In this document: piece by piece, positions 1-14,533 of the stretch | Numbering within the stretch: position 1 is the stretch's first letter | Layout: every line of letters begins with the position of its first letter | Source: Octopus vulgaris | Taxonomy: Eukaryota | Assembly (NCBI GenBank): GCA_951406725.2 | Contig: OX597815.1 | Location: 156,426,001 to 156,490,000 of the forward strand | Length of the DNA: 64,000 nt | Reading direction: 5' to 3' | Notes under the pieces: model-generated | Database searches by the model: none | Seen by the model: the letters and a program-made list of their open reading frames with translations, nothing else | What the model was told of the DNA's origin: nothing | Position numbers and translations under genes: made by a program

Positions 1-70
1 TTAGTACCCCCAACATCGCTTGACAACCGATGCTGGTGTGTTTACGTCCCCGCAACTTAGCGGTTCGGGA
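1..70 (+). mobile_element. SINE (family A) 3' fragment
   Basis: 'gcttgacaaccgatgctggtgtgtttacgtccccg..ttagcggttcgg' is the reverse complement of the body of the SINE copies at 8.3 kb and 19.6 kb. Confidence 0.7.
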
Positions 71-79
71 AGAGAGACT

Positions 80-204
80 GATATATATAGACAAACATAC
101 ACTATACATGCATGCAACATATTCATATATATATATGTACACACACACATATATATATAAACAGATATTTATACATGCATACGGCATATACATACATATA
201 CACT

Positions 205-237
<33 letters not shown>

Positions 238-776
238 GTACATAGACACACACATATATTTATATATATATGTATATATATACACACGGATATACATACA
301 CACATACAAACAAACATACATACATATATACATACTTTCATACATACATACATACATACATACATACATACATACATACATACATACATACATACATACA
401 TACATACCTTCAGGCATACAGGCATGCATATATGCGTTTATACATACGTACAGAAAATCAGTCAGACAAACAGGCAGATAAATAATCAAGTAGGGTGGGT
501 GATGACATGTCAAGAATAATGAAGCACCGGGTTACATGTATGTATTGTGACGTATTTAACCAGCAAGTTACCATGAAGTAATACCAGAGTAATTAATTCT
601 TCAGTACCCCTTGTATATGCACGTAACCCTCTTACAAGTGTTTGCCGTCATGAATTTTAAAATTTTACGTATGCCTTCATATATATTAGTATATATATAT
701 ATATATATGTAATGTGTCTAATTTATGATTGCTTTAAATTTAGTCCATATAATGAACGCCACTTGTAAGCTTACGT

Positions 777-859
<83 letters not shown>

Positions 860-1439
860 TGTGTGTGTGTGTGTGTGTGTGTGTTTGTATATATATATGG
901 TATGTATGTATGTATGTATGTGTTTATGTGTTTATATTTTATATATGTAAGAACATATACATGACATCATATATGTGTGTGTGTATAACATTCGTCTTTG
1001 GAAATATCTACACAAGTATTCTTCACGTACATCGACACAGACACAAACACACAGACACACACAGATACACACACACACACACACTCAAACACATTGTTAG
1101 AATGCATATAATACACATACTTCTGTAACGTGTTTACATAGTCGATTAATTATTACAGCATGATCGAATGAATACGGCAAGGTGAACGGGAGAAAAATTA
1201 GACATGTATATATATGTACGCATGTATGTATGTATGTAGGTATGTATGTATGTATGCATGTATGTATGCATGCATGTATGTACGTATGTTCGTACGTACA
1301 TACTTATGTATGTATGTATGTGTGTGTATGTATGTATGTATATGTATGTGTTTATGTGTGCTGTTTATTATTTCAAAGAAACATTCAGTTGAGGTAGTCA
1401 GGTTCTTTATACACCAACGCGTACGTACACACACACACA

Positions 1440-1477
<38 letters not shown>

Positions 1478-1500
1478 CACTTACACACACGCACTCAGAC
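80..1500. repeat. Compound (TA)n/(TACA)n/(CA)n microsatellite field, representative of dozens of such tracts across the window
   Basis: Directly visible simple repeats. The ORFs here are YI/HT/CV dipeptide artefacts. Confidence 0.95.
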
Positions 1501-1804
1501 ATAAATATATATATATAGCTGATACACAATACAACCCCCATCATCTTCTTAAGATGGTCACTTCAAACACAAATACAATGATAACAAGAGATGGTGTGTG
1601 GTACTTACATTCACGTCGATAGATTGTCTATCTGGTTATATTTTATGCTGTTAATGGAACGTAAATCTCGACTTCTCAGAGAAACGGACAGTAAAATTAT
1701 TGTATCGGTAAACATAATAGATAGGTACACTCCAAAGTTACGAACGCGCACTGAATATTGTTAGCCGTATGTATCGGCGGTGACTCTGGCGGTAATGGTA
1801 ACGC

Positions 1805-1997
1805 TGGTGGTGGTGGTGGTAGTAGTGGTGGTGGTGGTAGTGGTGGTAGTGGTGGTGGTGGTGGCGGTGGTAGTGGTGGTGAAGGTGGGTGGTGGTGGTG
1901 GTGGTGGTGGTGGTGGTGATGGTGGTGGTGGTGGTGGTGGTGGTGGTGGTGGGTGGTGGGTGATTGTGGTGGTGGTGGTGGTGGTGGTGGTGGTGAT
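1805..1997. repeat. (GGT)n trinucleotide microsatellite
   Basis: Visible tract, followed by (GGTT)n, (GGAA)n and (GGAT)n to about 2310. Confidence 0.95.
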
Positions 1998-3096
1998 GGT
2001 ATTCCAGTTGTTAGTGGTACCGGTGGTAGGTAAGTGTTGATGATGATGAGCTCAGTTAGAACAGGCACAACGAGTCAAAGACAAAAAGTGTGTCGTGGTG
2101 GGTGAGTGGGTGGTTGGTCGGTTGGTTTGGGTGGCTGGTTGGTTGGTTGGTTGGTTGTGTGGTTGTGTAGTTGGGTGGTTTGGTAGGTGGTTGTTTTGCG
2201 TGAGCAAATGGAAGGAAGGAAGGAAGGAAGGATAGATGAATGAATGGATGGATGGATAGATAGATGGATGGATGGATGGATGGATGGATAGATGGATGGA
2301 TGGATGGATGAATGAACGGCTAAAGAAGCGAATAAACAAAAGCCACGAATGAAAGAAATGCGATGAAAGAACTGCTAAACGACTGAATGGTTTGCGATGT
2401 AGCGTCGGAGACAGAAGCAAGTAACTGGCATTGAAAGAAGGTGAGCTTCAGAAAGTGGATAGATTGACAAAGGTAGTAGAAAAACATGGAGATGAGGATG
2501 TTGAAGATTGAAATGGACCACTAAAGACAGTCGAGATGTTTTTGGTTGAAAGCAAAGGCTAATAGTATTAAACCTCATTGCTAGTGCCAACACCAGGCAT
2601 GGAAGTGGCCCTACTTGGTGGCCGTTTGTGTTAATGTTCCTGACACTAAGTGTAAACCAGCTGTTCATATGGTGCGATTCTACTAATACCACTAAGTGAA
2701 TGCTATTAAACTGTGGCAGCAGTAGTAGATAGTGCTGTGGCAACACCAGCGCCTCTTGACATAGCAGCTCATGCAGCATAAATCGTATATTCAACATGTA
2801 AATGTATTTGTCTAAATATCCACATGTTTACCTATCTGGCTATCTATCTATCTATGTCGCTTTCAATATCTACACGCTCCATCTCTCTATACACAATATA
2901 CACACAAACACGTACACACACACACACACACACACACATTTACACGCATAAATCTCCCAGTTCACACCCCTCTACCTATTTACCTGCCCATGGACCTACC
3001 TACACGGCATCTCATATCACTATGCATATATGTATATACACATGTATGTATATACACAACATAGATAATACATACATACATACATACATACATACA

Positions 3097-3132
<36 letters not shown>

Positions 3133-3136
3133 TATG

Positions 3137-3206
<70 letters not shown>

Positions 3207-3306
3207 CATCAACTTGTTTACTTATTTATCTCGCTAGATTTGGAACCTTTTATTTACCTTACTGTCTCTATCTCTCACACACATGCATATATATATATAT
3301 ATATAT

Positions 3307-3387
<81 letters not shown>

Positions 3388-3735
3388 ATATATATATACG
3401 CACACACACACACGCGCACATACAAACACAGACAGTCATCTGTGTCTAATAAATATCTATCTACCTGCCTTACTTCCACCGTCGAACTCGTTCATTCGTT
3501 CTCTCTATCCGTCTCTTTCTCTATATATACACCTATAGAATTGATCAATGCTACTATTTATATGACCAGTGTTGCCTTCTATTAATATATCATTCGCTCT
3601 ATCACACTCATATACTGTGTGTTTTGTTGTAGAAGGTGCCCTTTCTATCTTGTCTATATGTACATGTATTTTTCTCTCCATCACTATAGCGGACATTTCA
3701 TTTAATAATAGAAATGTATAACAGCCATATCTATC

Positions 3736-3806
<71 letters not shown>

Positions 3807-3890
3807 TTATCTATCTTTCTGGCTATCAACTTACATTCTGAACCACCTCTCCCCCTTACCTGTGTATTTGCCATCAGTTGAGAATACATG

Positions 3891-3929
<39 letters not shown>

Positions 3930-4066
3930 TGTGTTTGTGTGTATGTGTGTGTGTGTCCTCTGTCTTTTTCAACATGTGTGTGGCGTGTGTATTGTATGCC
4001 GGTGCTAAATAACTCTATATCAAGTAGTCCTACCCACCTACCCACTTATCTGATGTCTGTCTGTGC

Positions 4067-4135
<69 letters not shown>

Positions 4136-4674
4136 ACTATCTATCTATCATTCTATCCATCTATCTATCAACGGAATATTCTATATATGTATGCCTATAC
4201 ACTCTCCGCTGTTCATAGTTCGATCTAACTTTCTGTTTGTACACCTGTTTCTCCGTCTAATCTATTTCTCAATTAACAAACAATCAATCCATTACATTTT
4301 CTCCCTCTATTTTCATAAATCTATATCTGAAATACTGCAATTTACATATATCTAAGTGAGCATTGTAACTGCATAACTAGCTTTCACTTTCAATCCATTT
4401 GTCTGGATATCTGACTACCTATCTTTCTTTCTATCTATCCATCCGTCCATCTGTCTATCCGTCCATCCATCCATCCATATATATATATATATATATATAT
4501 GTCATTCGCTCTATATTAATCTATGTTTAGATATCTATCGATCTACCACTGGATGTAGCCTTCTAACTACCCAACTAATTCTCACTTACATTCGACTTAC
4601 CTACCCAGTGTATTCTACCCATCCACCCGCTTTCTCTCTCTCGCTTTCTTTCTCTTTCTCTCCCTCTCTCTCGC

Positions 4675-4739
<65 letters not shown>

Positions 4740-5100
4740 GCGTGTGTTTTGGTGTATTGAAATACGACTGTAGATTCAGTATCGTTGTTGTTCCAAACTA
4801 CTTATAAGGAAATATGTCAAATCTTTAACAAAACTATTACGTTCCAACACTGTCGTGTCTTCACAATAGCTTATTCGAAACAAAAGCTCTACCTACCAAC
4901 CTACCTACCTACCTACATACATACATACATACATACATACATACATACATACATACATACATACATACATACATACATACACACATACATAATAAATACA
5001 TGCATGCATACATACATATATGCATACATACATCCGTACACATATATATTCAACCATATATAAATATGTGTGTATTATATGTATAAACTTACCTGTATGC

Positions 5101-5142
<42 letters not shown>

Positions 5143-5296
5143 ATGTATATGTGTGTGTATGTGTGTATAAGTTTGTGTTTATGATATATATGTATGTGTG
5201 TGTATGATATATATGTATATATATGGATATATATATATATATATTATGTATGTGTATGATATATACGTGTGTATATGGATATATATCTATATATTT

Positions 5297-5397
<101 letters not shown>

Positions 5398-5823
5398 GTA
5401 TCTTTATATATATATATATTCCTCTATATATTCCTGCAGGTGTTTTTTCTATTTCCCACTCATGGATTTAAAACACTCTTTGATTATCCAAGCAGCACTT
5501 TCACGTGTTCGATATCATCTGAGTACGTAAGCCATTCTTTCCCCGCTTCTATTTGCTTTATGACATATCGGAGATAACTATGCAAGTCGAAAGTTCGAAG
5601 TCAATGTTTCTTTGCCAAAAAAAAAAAAAATATGTGCTTTGCTACAAATTAGCGAGGGATCCTTCAATTTAATGATAAGTTGTTTTCATGTATCACTTCA
5701 CATAAAAGCTAACAATATATAGCTTTATATATTCTCCTTATTCTTTTCCCATGCGTATCGCACTCTATGGATTGTACAATGAGAAACTAAGGAACTGTTT
5801 TTATGAGACAACCGGATTTCAAC

Positions 5824-5886
<63 letters not shown>

Positions 5887-5887
5887 T

Positions 5888-6005
5888 GACCTGCTTGCTT
5901 AGCCAGCGAGTGGCGTCATTTGAAGGCTAAAACAATGCGAAGCGCATTGTGACCAGCGATGTGTAGCCACATCTGATAGCCTGTTTGATCACGGTGATCA
6001 CGGTG
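5888..6005 (+). mobile_element. SINE (family B) 3' fragment
   Basis: Reverse complement of 8672-8780. Confidence 0.7.
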
Positions 6006-6031
6006 ATATATATATATATGTGTGTGTGTGC

Positions 6032-6102
<71 letters not shown>

Positions 6103-6651
6103 TATGTACATATATATATACATATATGTATATATAAATATATATATCCGTCACTACATTACATCACCCTCCATCTTTCATTACCACTTTATTTCTTAAC
6201 ATATTTCTCCAACTATTGCAAACTATCTTTATCCCCCCCCCACTCTCTCTGGATATATATATATATATATACACACGCACAAACCTAGGATCCTTCTACC
6301 CTGAGCACCCTTAAGTTATTCTACAGATATCTCGCCGTAGCTCGACCCCCACTTATTCTACATCTCCTCCTCTCACTATGGACAACTTACGTAATCCTTA
6401 ATATACTGCGAGTATATCACAGCCAGTGTTTCTAACCACAAACCCTTCAGCATCTATTGTCACTAAAGCTTCTCTTTCTCTCTTATTACGTCTCTCTACC
6501 TTTAATATCTTTATATATCTAATTTCCTTTCTTAACCACTTTCACACTATATCTTACTCTTTCCGTTTCTACTATTCTCTACATCCGTATCTTCCACGTT
6601 CTTTCTATCCATCCATCCATCCGTCTCTGTCTCTCTTTCTCTCTCTCTCTT

Positions 6652-6726
<75 letters not shown>

Positions 6727-6983
6727 GCCATACACGCACACACTTCGTTTAACTCAGTCAAATTTGCATTCACCTGTTGTTACTATGTACTTCGAATTCC
6801 CCCTTCTCTCTCTCTCTCTCACTTTCTCTCTCTCTCTCTCTCCCACTCCCTCTCTCTGTATCAATTTCCCTTGTCCTTTATTTCCAATCTCACCATTACT
6901 ACTACGATCAAACATTTTCTTCTGTCTCTCTCTCTGTCCCTCCCTCCCTCTCCCTCCCTCTCCCTCCTTCTCTCACTCTCCCA

Positions 6984-7018
<35 letters not shown>

Positions 7019-8185
7019 GAAATTACTTTTCCTTTTTATTTTCCTTCACTTTTTGCTTTTTTCCATAGCATCACGTATCCGCTTACTTATAAACTCAACT
7101 TTTTCACTGATATACACAAAACACTCGAAAATAAACATACACACACACACACGTTCACACACACACCCACACAGCCTTCTTCTACACTCTCTCATTCCTT
7201 CACTCCATCTCCCTATTTTTTTTCGTCTCTCACTCACTCACTCCTTCTATCTCTATCTTTCTTACCATTCTAAAATACACCTTAATTCACTACCTCTTAT
7301 CTCTTGTTAATTCTTACATCATCACTCCCAGCAACTGAACATACTTCCTCTGCTCTGCTCTGCTCGCATCCCTTTTTCCGCCGCTCCCATTTCCCTATTC
7401 CTCCTTCACTATTCCCTCGCTCCCTTTCTATATGTCTGTCTGTATGTCTCTCTCCCTCTCTCCCTCTCTCCTTCTCTTTCTCTCGCTCGCTCCCTCCCGC
7501 TTACCTTCTCTTTGTTGCTTAATTCTTTACTTCCCAGCTGTCTATTCCTCAACCAACTTCATAACTTTAACATATTTCTTTATCTCATCGCCAATAATCA
7601 ACAACAACACTAGTTCTTTTTTCCTTGTCCGACATACCCCGAACATACCCCGAACTCGCTTTATGCCCTCAAAACAACAACAACAACAACAACAACAAAA
7701 ATCACAGGTATAACATGTTACATGTAGCTGGGTTGCATTCCAAACTCAATTAAGTACCCCTTAAATTTAGTTCAGCCGTTATTACTGTCAGCTAATTGCA
7801 TTTTTATTACATCCACAAACAATTCTACGAACTAAGCATATTTTTACCACACCCGTACAAGCAAGCAGGTTTCACAGCACCCGTAAATATATGAATCTGG
7901 ACTATTGAGCAACTACACTGCGTGCGTGAATCTCAATTGTGCGTGAGGCTGTGTGTATATGTATATGAATTACATATTACATAATATGATATACATGCAC
8001 AGATGTCTTTATGTGTATGTCTGTGTGTGCGCGCGGGCGTGTGTTTGTTACATATATGTATTTATGATTTATGCACTTTTATATATAAATATATATCGTA
8101 TGTCATAGGCTTGTATACATACATGCATATATATATGTATATATAAATGTGTGTGTGTATGTATATATATATATATTTCTCTCTT

Positions 8186-8377
8186 TCTCTTTTACTTGTT
8201 TCAGCGGCCATGCTGGAGCACCGCCTTTAATCAAGCATCTCGACCCCGGGACATATTCTTTTGTAAGCCCAGTACTTATTCTATCGGTCTCTTTTGCCGA
8301 ACCGCTAAGTAACGGGGACATAAACACACCAGCATCGGTTGTCAAGCAATGCTAGGGGGACAAACACAGACACACAA

Positions 8378-8440
<63 letters not shown>

Positions 8441-8600
8441 TACGACGGGCTTCTTTCAGTTTCCGTCTACCAAATCCACTCACAAGGCTTTGGTTGGCCC
8501 GAGGCTATAGTAGAAGACACTTGCCCAAGGTGCCACGCAGTGGGATTGAACCCGGAACCATGTGGTTGGTAAACAAGCTACTTACCACACAGCCACTCCT
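8186..8600 (-). mobile_element. tRNA-derived SINE (family A) with internal (CA)/(TA) microsatellite
   Basis: Minus strand starts AGGAGTGGCTGTGTGGTAAG (A-box-like) and contains GGTTCAATCCC (B box). Many other copies occur in the window. Confidence 0.85.
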
Positions 8601-8635
8601 GGAGGGATGGGAGCAGAGCAGAGGAGCATATATGC

Positions 8636-8671
<36 letters not shown>

Positions 8672-8679
<8 letters not shown>

Positions 8680-8973
8680 ACCGATCAGGCTATCATATGT
8701 TGCTACACATCGCTGGTCACGATGCGCTTCGTATTGTTTTAGCCTTCAGATGACGCCACCCCGCTGGCTAAGCGAGCAGGCCAACAGAAGAAAGAGTCTG
8801 AGAAAGTTACGCCGAAAGAGTACAGCAGGGATCGCCACCACCCACTGTCGGGCCTCGTGGAGCTTTTGGGTGTTTTCGCTCCATAAAGTCTCACAACGCC
8901 CGGTCTGGGATTCGAAACCGCGATCCTACGACCGCGAGTCCGCTGCCCTAACCACTGGCCAGTGCGCTTCCAC
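8672..8973 (-). mobile_element. tRNA-derived SINE (family B)
   Basis: Minus-strand head TGGCCAGTGGTTAGGGC...GGTTTCGAATCCC (A and B boxes). The body recurs at 5.9, 17.3 and 52.4 kb. Confidence 0.8.
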
Positions 8974-9038
<65 letters not shown>

Positions 9039-9061
9039 CATTTGCATATATATATGTATAC

Positions 9062-9102
<41 letters not shown>

Positions 9103-9201
9103 ACTTATAAGTAAGGGCTAAAGAAAATTATTTCAAAGCTAATATGCTGATATAGACTATTAAATCGTCAATTTCCACATATACACACACACACACACAC
9201 A

Positions 9202-9264
<63 letters not shown>

Positions 9265-9281
9265 TACACAGATATACATAT

Positions 9282-9313
<32 letters not shown>

Positions 9314-9864
9314 GTGTGTGTATACATACTCATGCATACATATACTCATAGATATACATACATACAAATGCATACACATGTATTTATGTGTGTGTGTATA
9401 TATCTGTACGTGTGCAATAGAAGAGGTTTAAAGGCCGACAAGCTCTGCAATGCCAAAAGAACTAAGAATATCTGGACAATGTGGATGTTTCGAAAAGGGA
9501 AATGCACAGCCTCCTACCCACGACAGCAGAAGAACCAACATGCAAGAGATACAGGTGGCAGCGGCGGCGTCAAACTCCATCAAACCCACAACGAGCCAAT
9601 AACTAAGAAAAATTCACGTGCAAGAGTGGTGATATGAAATCCCACCGCACAGAAGAAACGAATCGCATAAGAAGAATATGTAAGGAGTACAAAGGCACGA
9701 TGATGCTCCATCTAGAATACAACCGCTTGGCTGAAGCTCATGACACCAGTAAGAGAAATATAAGCATTTATATCATGGGTGTACATATGTATAACGTATA
9801 TCATATGTATATAATTATATTATATATGATATGCATTTATATACATATACTTTGTTCTTTTATG

Positions 9865-10040
9865 CTTTTACTCGTTTTAGTCATTTGACTATGGCCTTTG
9901 CTGGAGCATCGCCTTTCGTCCCCCAGGACATATTTTTTGTAAGCCTAGTATTTATTATTTATTTTATTTTAGTTTTTGCCGAAACACATAGTTACGGGGA
10001 CATAAACACATCAACATTGGTGGGGGACAAACACAGACAC

Positions 10041-10099
<59 letters not shown>

Positions 10100-10900
10100 T
10101 GTACTTTGATACTTTGATACTTTGTTAGGTTTCGGCCATTATTGGCCCAGGCCATGTCTAACTTAATAGCACCACCTGGTGAAGTCTTTCAAGTCAGAAT
10201 TTGGGCACTATGGCCCACTCAAGTAGAGAGTTATTGTTTACAGAGACATATCCGGGTGTAGGGGTTTATCCGGGATTTCTTGAAGGAATCTGTCCAAAGA
10301 CTTCTTGAACCCTATAGGGTCAGTTTCTGTTTTAATGTGTTTTGGTGTAATGTTAAAGAGAGCGGGGCCAATTGAGGTGAAATAATTGTGCCGTATTGTT
10401 GTTATGAGATGAGAGTGCGATTTTTGTTTTGGGCGGATGGCACGGGGCCCAAGCCTTGGATGTACCTTAAAGGTGATGCCAACATCATTTGGGCAATGCT
10501 GATGATGTAGCGCTCACGACGACGTTGGAGAGAATAGAGTTTTAGCTTTTCTAGTCGACCCCAATAGTCGAGGCCTGTCATGCCATCTATCTTTTTTGTG
10601 ATTGCCCTTTGAGGTGCTTCAACTTTTATGATACCTTGTATTGTGTGGGGAGACCACAGTGGACAACAGTATTCAAGGTGGGGTCGTATGTATATATATA
10701 TATATATATATATGCATGTATGTATGTCTGCATGTATGCATATACGACGGGCTTTTTTCAGGTTCTAGTAACCAAATTCCCTTAAGAGACTTTGGTGGGC
10801 CTGTATCTATAATAGAAGACATTTGCCAATGTGCTATGCAGAAGGACTGAACCCAGAACCATGTGGTTGAGAAGCAATCTTTTTGCCACACAGCCACGCG
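9865..10900 (-). mobile_element. SINE family A split by a CR1-type LINE fragment inserted in its internal microsatellite
   Basis: 3' half at 9865-10045 and 5' half at 10744-10900, in the same orientation and order as the intact copy at 8186-8600. Confidence 0.65.
10123..10688 (-). mobile_element. CR1-group LINE 3' fragment (RT C-terminus plus tail)
   Basis: Minus strand gives RPHLEYC..LWSP and DYW.RL.KLKLYSLQRRRERY. Homologous to 17402-18178. Confidence 0.85.
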
Positions 10901-11023
10901 TACCCCTATGTATGAGTGTGTTGGTGTGTATGTGTATATATATATATATAAATATATAATTTACAAAATATGCTGGCCATTGATAAAATTTTGTTCCCGA
11001 AAAAAATTTTATCCTACATTAGT

Positions 11024-11114
<91 letters not shown>

Positions 11115-11879
11115 GTATGTAGCACACACACATATATACACATACCCACACACAGATATATACAGACACATACATATATAGTCATATTTATACCCGCACA
11201 CATATAGAAATATATACAAATATATATGTATATACAAATACATACGTGTGGATGGATGGATGGATGGATGGATGGAGAGACACAAACAGAATGTCCACGC
11301 TAAATTTGAGGTTATTTTGTGTCACCTTTTATCAAAAACAGCTTGATGAACTGGTGAACAGTCAACAGTGTTGGAGAGCATAATGATTAAATTTGCAGTT
11401 GAGAAGAATGTTAGCAGATATGGGTTGCCTGTGTTATGACGATTCACATCAAGTATCAAATGGCTAGCATGAAGACTGCGGATCAATGATCTATGATCCT
11501 TGTAAAACCTGTTGAACATGATGCGGACAGCAGCAACGGAAGCTACGAAGCCATGACCAAATGGAAAGGAGACAGCAAGCATTCTGACTGTATCTGCATG
11601 TCTGAATTCATCCAACAACAGAAGAACCGGTCCTTAAGAAAGCCATTGTTGTCAATCCGTTGTTGGAGAGCGTTGCAGCTGAAGGCTATATGTAATGCAA
11701 CAAGATTAGGGCCTTTGTCATACGTCTGGAAAGAGTGAGAAGTGGTCATCAGGGAATTTCACCTCCCAACAATTTCTGTCATCTTAATTCCCTCAGATTA
11801 ACTACTAAGGTTCGGTTGAATTTTTTTTTAAATCTGTTACAGGGCTTAGAAAAATTTACGGCAGTGTGTGAAACTGAGA

Positions 11880-12142
11880 AATGGATTACTACGAGTTGGG
11901 TTCGGTTGAGAAAGGTACGACCACTCTTTCTGTAACACCAGCGCCGAGCTGGAAGGTATTCAAAAATATTCCCATGGACACATTACGAAAAGCATGCTCC
12001 AGGTTCCGGAAACGTCTTGAGGGTTACTGCCTTTGCAATAAGTGTGTGAAACTGAGAGGAGAGTATGTTAAGTACATCTTAATAAACTTATCCTCCTGCA
12101 TTTTCCTTTACTCGAAGCCAGAAACTTTTCAGCACCTCCTCC
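11880..12142 (+). mobile_element. Tc1/mariner transposase C-terminal remnants plus TIR
   Basis: Translates to KNIPMDTLRKACSRFRKRLE and KCVKLRGEYV. Ends in CCAGAAACTTTTCAGCACC, which matches the TIR of 55212-55415. Confidence 0.65.
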
Positions 12143-12689
12143 TATATCTGTGTGTGTATGTGTGTGTTCGCGCGCGCATGTGCATGTGTGTGTGTGTACG
12201 TATGTTTGTGTATGTATGTGTATAAATGTAATTTTGTTGCCTCGAGAACGGCATTATGCCAATAATAATAAAAACACGCACTGGTTCATTATCACTTTAT
12301 TATTAGTCCATCAATTGAATATCTAACCAGCTAACTAATTGTTTGTTTGTTTAATCAACACATTAAAGGAAAGATCAATTAATTATTTTTTACCAACTGA
12401 CTAACAGTAAAAAAGTGATTCTGAAGGAATGCGTATGTTTATTAGTATTCGGGTAACGAGCTACTCAAAACTTCGGCTTTTTCTGTCCAATAAGAATTAT
12501 TTAGCGGTCTCTTAAAAGTTTAAAATCTTTTTGTTTTGCTTTTGTCTTTTTTGCTTTAGCAACACGCAAACGCACACACTCACACACAGATACACACAAA
12601 CACACACACACACATATATATAGGCATGCGGATATGTGCATATTTGTGTACGTATATGTTTGTGCATATATATATAAATATATTTTCTC

Positions 12690-12852
12690 TTTATTTTCTC
12701 TCCTTGTTTCTTTCTGTGTTCCTTTCTGTTGAAGAGCGTAGGCTCGAAACATGAAAGACTTTTTCACTTCCCGAGCGTTATTCTAATACATCTGTTTGTT
12801 GTCTACACTTCCTGTCTTCGTCTTTTGCATTTTTTTTTGTGAATTCTCCCTA
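12690..12852 (+). mobile_element. Short repeat with a degenerate minimal hammerhead motif (second copy at 39873-40030)
   Basis: CTTT-CTGTTGA-a-GAGC-gtag-GCTC-GAAA-catg-AAAG at 12722-12757. The core has mismatches. Confidence 0.5.
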
Positions 12853-12857
12853 TATAC

Positions 12858-12913
<56 letters not shown>

Positions 12914-13169
12914 ATGTATGTATGTATGTATACACATACACACGCTCCATCCCTTATATATGTGTGTGTGTGTGTAGATATAGACAATTATGCAGGTAAA
13001 CAAATTAGATATATTAAATACAACAGTTTGGGTATGAAATACAAAATATGTACATATTTATACGTGCAAAATGAGAGAAAGCAATACCCTGTGAAGACAT
13101 CAGAGCCTAAGTTTGAATCTTTTGACCTCTATTGTGTCTTCTATACGGAGAATCAATGGATATTATGAG

Positions 13170-13244
<75 letters not shown>

Positions 13245-13249
<5 letters not shown>

Positions 13250-13645
13250 TATATATAGAGGGCATTATTATACATACATGCCACACGCTAAGAAGGACAA
13301 AATTAGTCATTTCTACCAAAAATTTTACTAATCCCACCGAATGCAATATATGTAATATATATATTACCGGATGTAATATATGTAAACTCACCCATGTGCT
13401 TCGTTGATGTTGATCAGTTAGCTGCTCGGCTTAGACGAGGTAGGGTCGTTTATTTATGATACATTCAGGCTTGCTGATGAATACAGAGGTATGAAATCAC
13501 AGGTGATACAAGTCTATATTTTTAAATGTCTTACTTTGAAAAATTGCATTCGGTGGGATTAGTAAAATTTTTGGTAGAAATGACTAATTTTGTCCCTCTT
13601 AGCGTGTGGCATGTATGTATAATAATGCCCTCTATATATAAACTA
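13245..13645 (+). mobile_element. Foldback element: about 103-bp inverted repeats (13245-13347 / 13543-13645) around an HHR-containing spacer, next to (TA)n
   Basis: The arms are near-exact reverse complements. Confidence 0.9.
13467..13515 (+). ncRNA. Type I hammerhead ribozyme
   Basis: AGGCTTG-CTGATGA-ATAC(agag)GTAT-GAAA-TCAC(ag)GTGA-TA-CAAGTCT. 7-bp helix I, intact core, AUA cleavage triplet with predicted cut after 13508. Confidence 0.85.
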
Positions 13646-13762
13646 ATATGTTCAATAAGAAAGAATTATTTTCGAAATTTTTTCTCATGAGGTCTTTCAC
13701 GCTATCTACCTGATAATTTCTTGTTAAGTTTTCCTTATTAAGAAGTTGTCCTTAATTGCTAA

Positions 13763-13827
<65 letters not shown>

Positions 13828-13989
13828 AACATTTCTCGTAAAGTTTTTTTTTCATTCAATAATGCTTTTGTGTGTGTGCGCACGCGTTATGGCACAATAA
13901 ATTATGTGAAGGGAATGGAGACAAGAATACGAATACTGAACAAGTGATGCTGGGGCATAGCCACAGTCCTATTACTGAAGGGTTTAGTC

Positions 13990-14533
13990 CAATGGTTCTT
14001 AACCGGGGTACATATGGCCTCTGAGGGTTCATATAAGATTTTGGGGGCCTCAGAATAGTATTTTAAGGGAGCCTGAAAGAGTTTTATTTTAGGTGTAACT
14101 ATTGGTATGTATTCATTTCTACTCTAGGCATAAGGCCCGATATTTTGGGGGAAGGGGCCAGTCGGTTAGATCGACACCAGTATGCAACTGGTACTTAATT
14201 TATCGACCCCGAAAGCATAAAAGGCAAAGTAGACCTCGGCGAAATTTGAACTCAGAACATAAAGACAGACGAATACCGCTAAGCATTTTCCCCGGCGTTC
14301 TAAGGTTTATGTCAGATCACTGCCGATGTATCGGTATGTATTGGAAGAAACAGCTAGGTTTCTTCCTCTAGCATTTCACATAGTTCAACCTGAACAAGGT
14401 AATGTGAGAAAAACAAAAGAGGAATTTTGAAAGAAGTTTGTATTGAATGGTTATTTTCTGGGCATGGGGTCCACTAGAATAAAATAATAATCAAAGGGGA
14501 CCATAGATAAAAACAAATGGTTGAGAAACCCTG
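13990..14533. mobile_element. hAT-type MITE with a nested SINE
   Basis: TIR-like ends CAATGGTTCTTAACC / GGTTGAGAAACCCTG, flanked by 8-bp near-TSD GTTTAGTC / GTTTACTC. Confidence 0.7.
14112..14325 (-). mobile_element. tRNA-derived SINE with a Meta-domain-like core (family C)
   Basis: Minus strand GAGTTCAAATT..CTTTGCCTTT.ATGCTTTCGGGGTCGATAAATTAAGTACC. Plus-strand copy at 56578-56752. Confidence 0.7.

Noticed and set aside
528-612. Minus-strand GGGTA-CTGAAGA...CATGTA-ACCC
   Set aside because: Lacks GAAA and helix II.
30-1504. Numerous ORFs rich in YI, HT, CV or MYVC, here and throughout the window
   Set aside because: They are translations of microsatellites that lack stop codons and show no protein signal.
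1697-2068. Poly-Pro/poly-His ORF and the poly-Val/Gly ORF on the opposite strand
   Set aside because: It is a (GGT)n microsatellite within a run of other simple repeats, with no domain or splice evidence.
8900-8973. tRNA gene-like sequence (also at other SINE heads)
   Set aside because: The A/B boxes are joined to SINE bodies and there is no full cloverleaf.
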